Shown here piece by piece: positions 10,002 through 18,492 of a stretch of DNA of 64,000 nucleotides (positions are counted from its first letter, which is position 1; each line of letters opens with the position of its first letter). Both the position numbers and the translations under genes were made by a program. The notes beneath the pieces were generated by a model that searched no databases, was not told the origin of the DNA, and saw only the letters and a program-made list of their open reading frames with translations. Source of the stretch: an uncultured Candidatus Saccharibacteria bacterium (GTDB lineage Bacteria; Patescibacteriota; Minisyncoccia; Phycocordibacterales; UBA6899); NCBI GenBank assembly GCA_964515375.1, contig CAZERF010000001.1, forward strand, positions 45,777 to 109,776, in the 5' to 3' direction.

Positions 10002-11515
10002 CAAAACAAGACTTCTGACGAAGTCAACGAGCGCGGCGAAGCCGCGCGAGAAAAAGAAAAAGGAGAAATACGCCGTCGCTCCGCGACGAAATGGCTGGGC
10101 GAGGACACGGAAAAGTGGGCGGCTTTGTCACGAACTGCATGGTTCGTTCCAATTTTTTGGACGAAGTCGGCAATTTCGGAGAAATTGTCAGACGAGGACA
10201 AAAAAGTGGCTTGTTTCGTATCTTTTACCCACTCCCGCAATGGTTCGATCCAAGTATTTCCCCGACGTTCACAATCTTTCTTTTTCTCGTTCAAAGTTGC
10301 GAGAGAGCGCATGGTAGCATCCTTCTTTTTCAGATAAATCTCTTTGGGTATGTCTCCATCCAAGTATGTTGAAACGAGTTTGTCCATGCGCTCCTCGTCC
10401 GCTTTGATTTTTTCGGAAAGATTGCGAACCTCGCTCCCTGAAACGGAAGTAGCTTCTTGCTCCCATGTCTCAACTTGCTCCAACATCCAATCGGTATAGC
10501 GATCAGGGAGCGAGATTGTTTGAAGCCGTACTTGCAACTGCTCTGCGAGGTTTCGCTCTTGCACGTACCCTTGCGAGCAAGTGCCGTGCTTTTTGGTACA
10601 GCGATAGTAGCGATAGATACCACCATTGCCTTTGGCGTGTTGCGCCGTGAACATGCCACCGCACTCCCCACAGCGAAACAAGCCAAGAAACGGAAAGTCA
10701 TGCCTGTTCCTTCGCTTCGGCGCACGCGCCTTGCTCGCAAGAACTTTTTGCACGGCTTCAAACAATGTCGGTGAAATAATTGGTTCAAATGTGCCATCAA
10801 ACCATTCACCATTGTGGCGAACAAAACCGAGATATGCTCGATTGCTCAAAAGGTGCCTGACGGCACATTTGGCAAGTGGCTTTCCTTTCGAACTGGTAAC
10901 GCCTAAATCCGCCAAAAACTGCGACAAACTAACAAGACCATGCGTGCCTTTGGCATATTCCTCAAAAGCGCAAGCAACAATCTTTGAATTAGTCGGATGA
11001 GGTTCGATGTTTCTCGTTTTCTGATTGTTCACATACCCAAACGGCGCTTTGGTGAGCCATTCGCCACGGCGCAGTTTTTGGCGGATGCCTCTTTTCACAT
11101 TCTGTACCAAATTGTCCGAGTAGTATTTAGATTGCCCAAAAGCCACTTGCAACATAAAGAGCCCTTGCGGAGTGGGTTCAAACCAAAAGGTCGGAAAGCG
11201 CAAAGACACAATACGCTCGGTATCCACCGCATAGATGACGCGGCCTCCATCAATACTATTTCTAGCCAGACGGTCGGGGTGCCATGCGAGTATCCCCGAA
11301 GCTTCTCCCGTTTCAATGCACGTCATCATCTCATTAAAAATAGGACGACCGGGTGTCTTTGCGCTTTTCGACTCTTGAAACTCCGACAGAATTTCAAGAT
11401 TTTCTTTACGTGCAAATTCATGTAGTTCAAACAACTGCGCTTCTATACTCATGACTTGTTTATCGTCATCTTCGGTGCTTTTTCGAGCGTAAAGAAAATA
11501 TTTTGGTTTGATCAT
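9941..11515 (-). CDS. Large serine recombinase (resolvase/invertase N-terminal domain + recombinase domain + zinc ribbon)
   Basis: The N-terminus YARKSTEDDDKQ carries the catalytic Ser in the resolvase motif. DRLARN and a recombinase domain follow. The zinc ribbon is CGECGG...YYRC. The C-terminal ~60 codons of the ORF are encoded by IR1-left and end inside the tRNA-Arg gene. The true stop may therefore differ. Confidence 0.85.
   Translation of the reverse strand: MIKPKYFLYARKSTEDDDKQVMSIEAQLFELHEFARKENLEILSEFQESKSAKTPGRPIFNEMMTCIETGEASGILAWHPDRLARNSIDGGRVIYAVDTERIVSLRFPTFWFEPTPQGLFMLQVAFGQSKYYSDNLVQNVKRGIRQKLRRGEWLTKAPFGYVNNQKTRNIEPHPTNSKIVACAFEEYAKGTHGLVSLSQFLADLGVTSSKGKPLAKCAVRHLLSNRAYLGFVRHNGEWFDGTFEPIISPTLFEAVQKVLASKARAPKRRNRHDFPFLGLFRCGECGGMFTAQHAKGNGGIYRYYRCTKKHGTCSQGYVQERNLAEQLQVRLQTISLPDRYTDWMLEQVETWEQEATSVSGSEVRNLSEKIKADEERMDKLVSTYLDGDIPKEIYLKKKDATMRSLATLNEKKKDCERRGNTWIEPLREWVKDTKQATFLSSSDNFSEIADFVQKIGTNHAVRDKAAHFSVSSPSHFVAERRRISPFSFSRAASPRSLTSSEVLFCAPGRNRTTINSLGRSCSIH
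9999..10129 (+). repeat. Inverted repeat IR1, left copy (131 bp); it starts inside the 3' end of tRNA-Arg
   Basis: Its reverse complement is identical to 11567-11697 (checked base by base at both ends). Confidence 0.85.
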
Positions 11516-11566
11516 AATTTTTTCCCATTAAAAAGATTGATAAAAATCATGCGATACGAAACAAGA

Positions 11567-11697
11567 GACAAAGCCGCCCACTTTTCCGTGTCCTCGCCCA
11601 GCCATTTCGTCGCGGAGCGACGGCGTATTTCTCCTTTTTCTTTTTCTCGCGCGGCTTCGCCGCGCTCGTTGACTTCGTCAGAAGTCTTGTTTTGTGC
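11567..11697 (+). repeat. Inverted repeat IR1, right copy
   Basis: Reverse complement of 9999-10129. Confidence 0.85.
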
Positions 11698-11935
11698 AGA
11701 AATACTGACCTTTGCTCGAACCCATTTCGAGAAAGGACAATGATCGTGCCGCGCGGAGCGCGTGGTGATGCGAACGCGAAGCGTACGCATTCGGAAATGT
11801 CTGCGCGCCTCGCTGCCTCGCCAGCTCGGCTCCCAAAACCAAAGAAATATCCTTACAATCATTTTTTCGGTGGAGGGGTGTGGGGAGGAGCCGACAGAAA
11901 AAGGAAAGGATATTTCTTTGGTTTGGGATCGCCGC
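11695..11935 (+). repeat. Inverted repeat IR2, left copy (241 bp), abutting IR1-right
   Basis: Its reverse complement matches 13643-13884 with a single mismatch. Confidence 0.85.
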
Positions 11936-12028
11936 AATGAGTTCTTAAAAATCATTTCCCCACCATTACCCTAGTATATTATACTATAATAGTCGTGTAT
12001 AATGTAATAGTTGGGTATAATTGTGGAT

Positions 12029-12232
12029 ATGAATGAGTCCGCAATGCTCGGCAACAATTTGAAAAGGATTCGCGAAGCGAAAAATATGTCTCAAGGTGAC
12101 ATCATGCGCTCTTTGGGATGTAGTCGTAGTTACATAAGTAATATAGAGAACGGAAAAACTAATCCAACACTTTCAACTATCGCTAAGTTGGCAAAAGCGG
12201 TTGGTGTTCCACTTAATAAGTTATTGCAATAA
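12029..12232 (+). CDS. XRE-family helix-turn-helix transcriptional regulator
   Basis: MNESAMLGNNLKRIREAKNMSQGDIMRSLGCSRSYISNIENGKTNP is a canonical HTH_3 motif. It lies in an AT-rich segment. The TTG at 12011 is an alternative start. Confidence 0.8.
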   Translation: MNESAMLGNNLKRIREAKNMSQGDIMRSLGCSRSYISNIENGKTNPTLSTIAKLAKAVGVPLNKLLQ

Positions 12233-12236
12233 GTTT

Positions 12237-13199
12237 ATGAAATCGAAAGCCATCATTATAATTTTTATACTTTTTGTTCTGTTATTTTTAGGTGGCAGAT
12301 ACATTTACTATGGTTCTGTAACGCGCGATTGTATTTATACTGAAAACAAGTTACCCGTACCTGGAGCACTCGAAGCCGGTACTGTAGTTGTGGCAAAGGA
12401 TGCCTACTTAGCTATCGGCATAGACAAAGAGCATGAATGCTTGGACTCGTTTGGAAAAATAGACAGGGAGATTGTAGGACCAGACACAATCAACAACCTT
12501 ACGATAGGAAGGCAATATTTTACTAACAGAGGACTATCTGTACAGACACTTAAAAAGGGAAATGAGTTCAAAGTTGTTGATATTATCTCCGTCACTAAAC
12601 ACGGTCTGTCAACGATAGATTCTGGGCCAGGGCCTATCTATTATCTTATTTTGCAAAGTAGCGACGGGTTACTTTACCAAATTGCAACAGTATCACTCGG
12701 ACTTAATAAACAAGACTTGTTTCTTGCTTTTGTTGACGGTACCCAGAATTACGATCCATCCGCTCCCCAGCTATTAAGTCCAGACAGTTTTAACGAGACT
12801 TATAGTTATGAAGGAGCAGATTCACTCACGTATACTGGAAAACTAACTCAATTAACAGACGATTATCTTCAAAGTACAGAACCACAGTGGAAAAAGTTAG
12901 CAGACCGACTTGAGCGTGGTGAAAAATTTCTCATCATGGTAGATATTGACTTACGAGATGATGCTTTCAGACCGATTATCCTCTCTGAAAACTCAGAAGC
13001 AAGATACAATCAAGTAGCTCAAATACAAGACGAGTTTCTTAAAAAGATACCAAATAATATTGTCCTGAACGGACTTGAAAAAAACCAATCTTGGCCATAT
13101 ATCTCTATGGAGGCAAATCTAGATTTATTGAATTACTTGGTTGATCATCAGGTAGAGTTAAAAATTAAGTCAATATCTGAACTACAAAAAGTGCAGTAA
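12237..13199 (+). CDS. Hypothetical membrane-anchored protein (AT-rich cargo gene)
   Basis: The ATG is 4 nt after the XRE stop. The N-terminal TM anchor is KAIIIIFILFVLLFLGG, followed by a ~290-aa soluble domain. No family was recognised. GC content is far below the flanks. Confidence 0.55.
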   Translation: MKSKAIIIIFILFVLLFLGGRYIYYGSVTRDCIYTENKLPVPGALEAGTVVVAKDAYLAIGIDKEHECLDSFGKIDREIVGPDTINNLTIGRQYFTNRGLSVQTLKKGNEFKVVDIISVTKHGLSTIDSGPGPIYYLILQSSDGLLYQIATVSLGLNKQDLFLAFVDGTQNYDPSAPQLLSPDSFNETYSYEGADSLTYTGKLTQLTDDYLQSTEPQWKKLADRLERGEKFLIMVDIDLRDDAFRPIILSENSEARYNQVAQIQDEFLKKIPNNIVLNGLEKNQSWPYISMEANLDLLNYLVDHQVELKIKSISELQKVQ

Positions 13200-13642
13200 A
13201 AACGTCCGTCTCGCTATCCCCGCGGCAAGCCGACGGGGCATTACGCGGGCGGAATCGGGCGTTTTTGCTAGTTAAGGAATCCCCTCCGGTGATACTTTGT
13301 TTAATGTCGCATTCATCCTCGAGGCAAGCCCACGAGGCATTCTGCGACGTTCTAGTAAAAGACATTCGAGTGTCACGAAAAAGATTGGTTTGTATAGCAG
13401 GTTTTTGAAATCGTAATACACTCAACCGAAGCCACTAAGCTCACACACGGAAGCACCGCAGCAGCTCGCGCGAGCGGAGCGAGCGAGCTGTGCGGAGGTG
13501 CTGGAGTGTAGTGAGCGAACGTTAGAATCACCACGCAGGTTCGCTACGGGAGAGCGCCTCGCACGCCGCGAGTACGGAGAAAAGCGAAGTGGAAGACTCT
13601 CAAATAAAATGGGAACTGAAACAAAGCTTTTTGGAGGACAAA

Positions 13643-13884
13643 GCGGCGATCCCAAAACAAAGAAATATCCTTTCCTTTTTCTGTCGGCTCCTCCCCACAC
13701 CCCTCCACCGAAAAAATGATTGTAAGGATATTTCTTTGGTTTTGGGAGCCGAGCTGGCGAGGCAGCGAGGCGCGCAGACATTTCCGAATGCGTACGCTTC
13801 GCGTTCGCATCACCACGCGCTCCGCGCGGCACGATCATTGTCCTTTCTCGAAATGGGTTCGAGCAAAGGTCAGTATTTCTGCAC
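13643..13884 (+). repeat. Inverted repeat IR2, right copy
   Basis: Reverse complement of 11695-11935. Confidence 0.85.
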
Positions 13885-13918
13885 TTTTTCTTTCTTTCCC
13901 TCATGCTATAATAAACAG

Positions 13919-14216
13919 CATGGCGATATCAGAAGAAAGCGCGCATGACAAGCTCGACGAGGTGCTTGAGCTCGTTCGTGAGAACAACAAAATCCTCCGC
14001 ACAATGCATCGCCGTATGTTGTGGAGTCAGGTCTTTACTTTTGTATACTGGATCATCATTCTCGGCGTTGCGGGTTGGGCGTATTACTATTTCCAGCCGT
14101 ATGTTGAGCGTTATGTGAACACGTATCAGGCGATCGTCGGCAATCTTGAGAATCTTGATAGTCAAGGGACGGATTTCCCCAGTGAGCTCAAGTCGCTTCT
14201 TGATAAAGTAAGGTAA
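13919..14216 (+). CDS. Small membrane protein, hypothetical
   Basis: The ATG is at 13919, just past IR2-right (MAISEESAHDKLDEVLELV...). There is one TM helix, VFTFVYWIIILGVAGWAYYYF. The longer track ORF from 13716 would read through the repeat. Confidence 0.5.
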
Positions 14217-14241
14217 ATAAGGTATCCTTGAGGACATCGCA

Positions 14242-14317
14242 GTTGCGATATGCCGAGGTAGCTCAGTTGGTAGAGCGCTCGCCTGAAGAGCGATAGGTCA
14301 CCAGTTCGACCCTGGTC
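14242..14317 (+). tRNA. tRNA-Phe (anticodon GAA)
   Basis: Hand-folded. The acceptor stem is GCCGAGG/CCTCGGC. The D arm is GCTC-AGTTGGTA-GAGC. The anticodon loop is CTGAAGA. The T arm is ACCAG-TTCGACC-CTGGT. CCA is encoded. Confidence 0.85.
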
Positions 14318-14320
14318 CTC

Positions 14321-14505
14321 GGCACCACAATAGGCTCAGTTGGTGAGCAAAGTCTGCTTCTGAAAGCAGACACCAGGTTTGCTTTTTGGACAAGGTGTCC
14401 GCCACCGCGGACGCCAGCCACCACTCGTCTTCTTCGCCTTGCTGCGAAGTCGATCACCAATAGAGCGCATGCCTTTCGAGCGACGGGTCACCAGTTCGAC
14501 CCTGG
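14321..14505 (+). repeat. Scrambled tRNA-Phe-derived sequence: D-arm copy + 110-nt insert with three hairpins + copy of the tRNA 3' two-thirds (14451-14505)
   Basis: TAGGCTCAGTTGGTGAGC matches the Phe D arm with one inserted G. 14451-14505 (TAGAGCGCATGCCTTTCGAGCGACGGGTCACCAGTTCGACCCTGGTCCTCGGCAC) matches the tRNA-Phe 3' portion except in the anticodon arm. No 5' acceptor strand is present. Confidence 0.7.
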
Positions 14506-14512
14506 TCCTCGG

Positions 14513-14541
14513 CACTGTCAAATCAAAACCGCCCATGAATG
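14513..14541. terminator. Bidirectional rho-independent terminator
   Basis: Perfect palindrome AAAACCGCCCAT-GA-ATGGGCGGTTTT, lying between the tRNA cluster and the convergent Hsp20 gene. Confidence 0.65.
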
Positions 14542-14572
14542 GGCGGTTTTGATTATAGGAAAGAAGGGTTTG

Positions 14573-15124
14573 TTACACTGATTTCACCTTCAATTCCTGA
14601 ATGCGTTTGGTGTCAAATTTTGAGAGTCGAATGATGAGCAGTCCGTATCTTTCGACGGCGTCAGCCTTGTCTGGATCGACTTCATGCGGAAGTTCGATCT
14701 CGCGACGGAACGGACCCCAATAGAGTTCTCGAATGGCATAATTTTCATCAGGGATTCCTTCCGGCTCATTGCGCCTACCCTCTATGGTGATCGTTTTTCG
14801 TGTGATCGAAATATGAAGATTCTCGGGCATGACCCCCGCGATCATACACTGAACGATGATCTCGTTGTCTACCTCATAGAGGTCAACTGCCATTCCGGGA
14901 ACTTCGCTCTCGTCTTCTTCCTCAGGATCCTCGTCCGACTCTTCTTTTGCCTCGTCTTCTTTGTGCTCATCTTGAGACAAAAGGAGCTCCTCATCGTGTT
15001 CGGTGAGTTCCTTTTCAGGCTGGGAAATTTTGCGTTCTTGGTATTCCTCCTCTTCAAGCTCGTCCGGTACAAAGGGGCGTGACCCTGTCAGATGTTCGAG
15101 AAATGATGGTTTGCGTCCTTTCAT
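14573..15124 (-). CDS. Hsp20/alpha-crystallin family small heat-shock protein with an acidic N-terminal extension
   Basis: There is an alpha-crystallin domain (VDLYEVDNEIIVQCMIAGVMPENLHISI...AIRELYWGPFRREIELP). The N-terminus is rich in E/D. Confidence 0.8.
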   Translation of the reverse strand: MKGRKPSFLEHLTGSRPFVPDELEEEEYQERKISQPEKELTEHDEELLLSQDEHKEDEAKEESDEDPEEEDESEVPGMAVDLYEVDNEIIVQCMIAGVMPENLHISITRKTITIEGRRNEPEGIPDENYAIRELYWGPFRREIELPHEVDPDKADAVERYGLLIIRLSKFDTKRIQELKVKSV

Positions 15125-15888
15125 AGATGAGAAGAGATATTATTGGGTAAGAATACAGTGACCGTTCCTGTGTTCGAGTATTCGACATGACTCCGTGGTG
15201 GCATCCGTTTGATCCGCTCGCAAGCAAGAAGGAGTCCCAAGACAAATACCCAAAGCACAATGAAGATCTCATAGATATATGAACCCTCACTTACAATTAT
15301 AGAGAAGTTGAAGAGGGTATGCAACACGATCGCACTTATGAGTCCGATCCCCGCAACGATCTGTCGCATGGAACGCTTTTGATAGAACGCGAGCGCAAGC
15401 ATGACACCGATCGTTCCGCTTGCGGCGACATGAAGTAGCGTCGCACCAACAAAGCGGAAGTTCCCGAGCATGATCGCGGCAAGAGTATCCCCACCGGAAA
15501 GGGGGTTGTAGAGGAAGAGTGCGTTTTCAAGTGCTGAAAAACCAAGCGCGATCGTCACAAGATAGATGACCGCGTCGATCGGTTCGTCGAAAAATCGTGT
15601 ACGTAAGGCGACGATGTAGATGCCGAGGAACTTGAGCGTCTCTTCCGCAACAGCCCAAAGGAACAAGAGGGAAAGCTCGCTTCCTTGTACATGTGTCGCA
15701 ATGAAGCGCTCGACCGGATACGCAAGCGCGGTCGCCAGCATTCCGACAAGAAACGAGAGGAGGATCAGCGCCCGAGGCTCCGGGTGTAGGCGGTCTTCCT
15801 TGAGCCAGAACCAAAGCCAAAAGACGGCGGGAAGCAGTCCTCCCAGTAACGCAAAAAAGATAATCGTTGGTGTCATGCTGTCGGCCAT
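15121..15888 (-). CDS. PrsW/CPBP-like intramembrane metalloprotease
   Basis: The 255-aa ORF has ~7 TM helices. AEETLKF (EExxK), FSALEN and two conserved His residues in TM helices fit the PrsW protease family. It overlaps the Hsp20 start by 4 nt. Confidence 0.55.
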   Translation of the reverse strand: MADSMTPTIIFFALLGGLLPAVFWLWFWLKEDRLHPEPRALILLSFLVGMLATALAYPVERFIATHVQGSELSLLFLWAVAEETLKFLGIYIVALRTRFFDEPIDAVIYLVTIALGFSALENALFLYNPLSGGDTLAAIMLGNFRFVGATLLHVAASGTIGVMLALAFYQKRSMRQIVAGIGLISAIVLHTLFNFSIIVSEGSYIYEIFIVLWVFVLGLLLACERIKRMPPRSHVEYSNTGTVTVFLPNNISSHL

Positions 15889-18119
15889 GCGGTCACCAGA
15901 AGTGGCTCCTTATGCTCAGGGAGCGATTGCCAGATCTCTTCGGTCACGTAGGGGATGAAGGGGTGCTGTAGTTTAAGTAGAGTGATAAAGAGGTGTCGTA
16001 GTGTCCATTGCGCGGAGCGTTTCTCGGGAGAGTCGGGGCCGTTTAGGAGCGCTTTTTCTTGCTCAATGATCACGTCCGCGAATTCGTTCCATGTGTAGTG
16101 ATAGAGTCGCTCTCCCGCAAGGTGGAGTTTGTATTCCTCGATATGTTTGGTCACAAAACGAGTGAGCTCATTAAGATCATCGATCAATTTTTTGTGCGCG
16201 GGAAGAATCTCAGGTTTGGCGTCTTCGGGAAGGTCTTCTGTGGTACTGATGACAAATCGAGCAATGTTCCAGATCTTGTTGGTGTATTTTTTGTAACCGC
16301 GGATCTTTTCTTCGGAAAGATTGATGTCGGATCCGGGTCCGGTACCGATGAGGAGCGAAAGGCGAGTGGCGTCCGCGCCATATTTTACGATCATGTCGAG
16401 CGGGTCGATCGCGTTGCCTTTTGATTTCGACATCTTTTGACCCTTGCTGTCGTGGACAAGTCCGTGGAGGTAAACCTTTTCGAATGGGATCTCTCCGAGG
16501 TGGTACGTAGACATGAGGACCATACGTGCAACCCAAAAGAAGAGGATGTCGTACCCTGTTTCAAGGAGCTGCGTCGGGTGGTATGTCTGCAAGTCAGTTG
16601 CATCTTCGTCTGGCCATCCGAGTGTCGAGAACGTCCAGAGTCCCGACGAGAACCATGTATCAAGCGTGTCGGGGTCCTGCTCCCATCCGTCTCCTTCCGG
16701 CGCCTCTGTTTCGACAAGAACCTCTTCCTGCTCGCCGGTCTTTTTGTACCAGACGGGAATACGATGTCCGTACCAGATCTGTCTCGAGATGCACCAATCA
16801 CCTAGATTGTCGATCCACTGGAAGTAGGTCTTGTTGAATCGCTCAGGAAGGATCTCGACTTGTTCATTCTCGACCACTTTGCCCATTAGCTCTTTAAGGG
16901 TTACTTGGTCACCCGCTTCGAGTCCTTTGATGTTTGAGCGTTTGAGTGTGAAGGGTTTGTTGACCGCGATGAACCATTGGAGTTTGGGGAGGGGCTCGAT
17001 GACTGCGCCGGTGCGTTCCGCAGTTGAAACATTTTGTTTGACATCTTCCTCGCCCGTCAAGAGTCCTTCCTCTTTGAGCCAGGTTACGATCGCCTCGCGC
17101 GCTTCATTGACCTTCCTTCCGAGTATGCGTTCATCTCCGACCGTTATCTTTGCATACTCGTTGATCACCGGTTTCACCTCAAGATGGTGACGCTGCGCGA
17201 TATCCCAGTCGATGCGGCTGTGCGCGGGGGTGACCCCAAGCGCCCCGGTCCCGAATTCTTTGTCCACGGTGTGATCGGCAATCACCTTGATCGTGAGGGG
17301 GACACCACAAAAGGTCACCTTGTATTCCTTTCCAACATACGCCTTGTAGCGTTCATCGTCGGGATGCACTGCGACCGCAGTATCCCCGACCTTTGTTTCC
17401 GGTCGAGTCGTGGAGATGGGAATAGGGAAGTCCTTTGCGTAGGTGAAAGTATAAAGCTTCGCGCTTCGTTCTTCGTAGACGATCTCGTCATCTGAGATCG
17501 TTGTCTGTCCTTTGGGGTCCCAGTTGATGACACGGTATCCGCGATAGATGAGACCGTCATCGTACATGCGTTTGAAGGCAGTGCGGACAGCAAGGGAACG
17601 TTCATCGTCGAGTGTGAACGCCTCGCGAGACCAGTCGACCGATGCCCCCATTTTCTTGACCTGATGTACGATCGTGTCGTGACTCTCTTGAGCAAATTGC
17701 CGTACCCGAGCGAGAAACTCTTCTCGTCCAAGATCGTGTCGTGATAGACCTTTTTCCTTTTGAAGGATCTTTTCCACTTTTGATTGAGTGGCGATGGCCG
17801 CATGGTCGGTACCCGGGATCCACAATGTACGTTTTCCCGACATGCGGTGGTATCGCACGACGGTGTCTTCGATCGCAAGCATCGCGGCGTGGCCCATATG
17901 AAGGACTCCCGTTACATTTGGAGGGGGGAGTACGATCGCGAAGGTTTTTGCATCGGGTTTCGTGTGACCCTTTGCAACAGAGGTGTCGGGGTTAAAATAT
18001 CCCGAATCAAGCCAATCCCGATAGATCCTATCTTCGGTCTCTTCGGGTTTGTAGGGAGAAAGAAACTTGTTGTCCATGTTGCCCATCATACCACAGATTC
18101 TAAAAACGTGAGTGTTCAT
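15873..18119 (-). CDS. valS: Valyl-tRNA synthetase (short form lacking the C-terminal coiled-coil)
   Basis: PPPNVTGVLHMGHA is the HIGH-type motif. GTDHAAIATQ is present. KMSKSKGN is the KMSKS motif. Similarity to ValRS extends throughout. Confidence 0.95.
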   Translation of the reverse strand: MNTHVFRICGMMGNMDNKFLSPYKPEETEDRIYRDWLDSGYFNPDTSVAKGHTKPDAKTFAIVLPPPNVTGVLHMGHAAMLAIEDTVVRYHRMSGKRTLWIPGTDHAAIATQSKVEKILQKEKGLSRHDLGREEFLARVRQFAQESHDTIVHQVKKMGASVDWSREAFTLDDERSLAVRTAFKRMYDDGLIYRGYRVINWDPKGQTTISDDEIVYEERSAKLYTFTYAKDFPIPISTTRPETKVGDTAVAVHPDDERYKAYVGKEYKVTFCGVPLTIKVIADHTVDKEFGTGALGVTPAHSRIDWDIAQRHHLEVKPVINEYAKITVGDERILGRKVNEAREAIVTWLKEEGLLTGEEDVKQNVSTAERTGAVIEPLPKLQWFIAVNKPFTLKRSNIKGLEAGDQVTLKELMGKVVENEQVEILPERFNKTYFQWIDNLGDWCISRQIWYGHRIPVWYKKTGEQEEVLVETEAPEGDGWEQDPDTLDTWFSSGLWTFSTLGWPDEDATDLQTYHPTQLLETGYDILFFWVARMVLMSTYHLGEIPFEKVYLHGLVHDSKGQKMSKSKGNAIDPLDMIVKYGADATRLSLLIGTGPGSDINLSEEKIRGYKKYTNKIWNIARFVISTTEDLPEDAKPEILPAHKKLIDDLNELTRFVTKHIEEYKLHLAGERLYHYTWNEFADVIIEQEKALLNGPDSPEKRSAQWTLRHLFITLLKLQHPFIPYVTEEIWQSLPEHKEPLLVTAWPTA

Positions 18120-18133
18120 AACGTTTTCACGAT

Positions 18134-18190
18134 ATGTCCTTTATGTCTTATAAAGGACATATGTATAAAGGACATCATGATGTCCTTTAT
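18134..18190. promoter_or_regulatory. Cluster of four 11-mer half-sites (ATAAAGGACAT / ATGTCCTTTAT) in the divergent valS / surface-protein intergenic region
   Basis: The arrangement is ATGTCCTTTAT-gtct-TATAAAGGACAT-atg-TATAAAGGACAT-CATG-ATGTCCTTTAT. The last two half-sites form a perfect 26-bp palindrome. Confidence 0.5.
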
Positions 18191-18492
18191 ACGGCTGTGT
18201 AGAGCCATAAAAAGAAACACCACATATTGACATTTTTGTAAAATTCGCTTACACTTAGGTTTAATCAACTCTGGTTCTTAACAGCATTGCAACGACAACG
18301 CGAACAAGATCGAGTCTCGATCATTGTCCTCGCAGATTGCTAGGGTGTCTCCTGTTTTTATTTGATCCTTGTTTCTTTGTGATCTCTGTATTGCTTTGTT
18401 TTGGATGCAAGATCTCCGTGCATTTTTGCATGTCTTTTATTACCAAATAGTATCGTTATTTCTCGCTATCTTATAAATCATCATTCTCGCTT

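Noticed and set aside
9543-10004. ORFs 9543-10004, 9607-9906, 9764-9967 and 9915-10337 around tRNA-Arg
   Set aside because: They lie over a tRNA gene, its pseudo-copy and the 73-bp and 131-bp repeats. The identical peptide segments translated from the repeat copies show they are repeat read-throughs, not genes.
11456-11955. ORFs 11456-11743, 11512-11955, 11692-11940, 13422-13904 and 13544-13816 sharing peptide segments
   Set aside because: They are translations of IR1/IR2 copies in various frames, which is why the same peptides recur on opposite strands. No independent coding evidence was found.
13716-13918. N-terminal extension of the small membrane protein (track ORF start 13716)
   Set aside because: The extension is encoded entirely by IR2-right. 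The ATG at 13919 just past the repeat is more plausible, though a repeat-encoded alternative N-terminus after inversion cannot be excluded (see the first finding).
16059-17878. Multiple 100-190-aa ORFs on both strands within valS
   Set aside because: They are out of frame with or antisense to valS, whose frame is validated by HIGH/KMSKS motifs.
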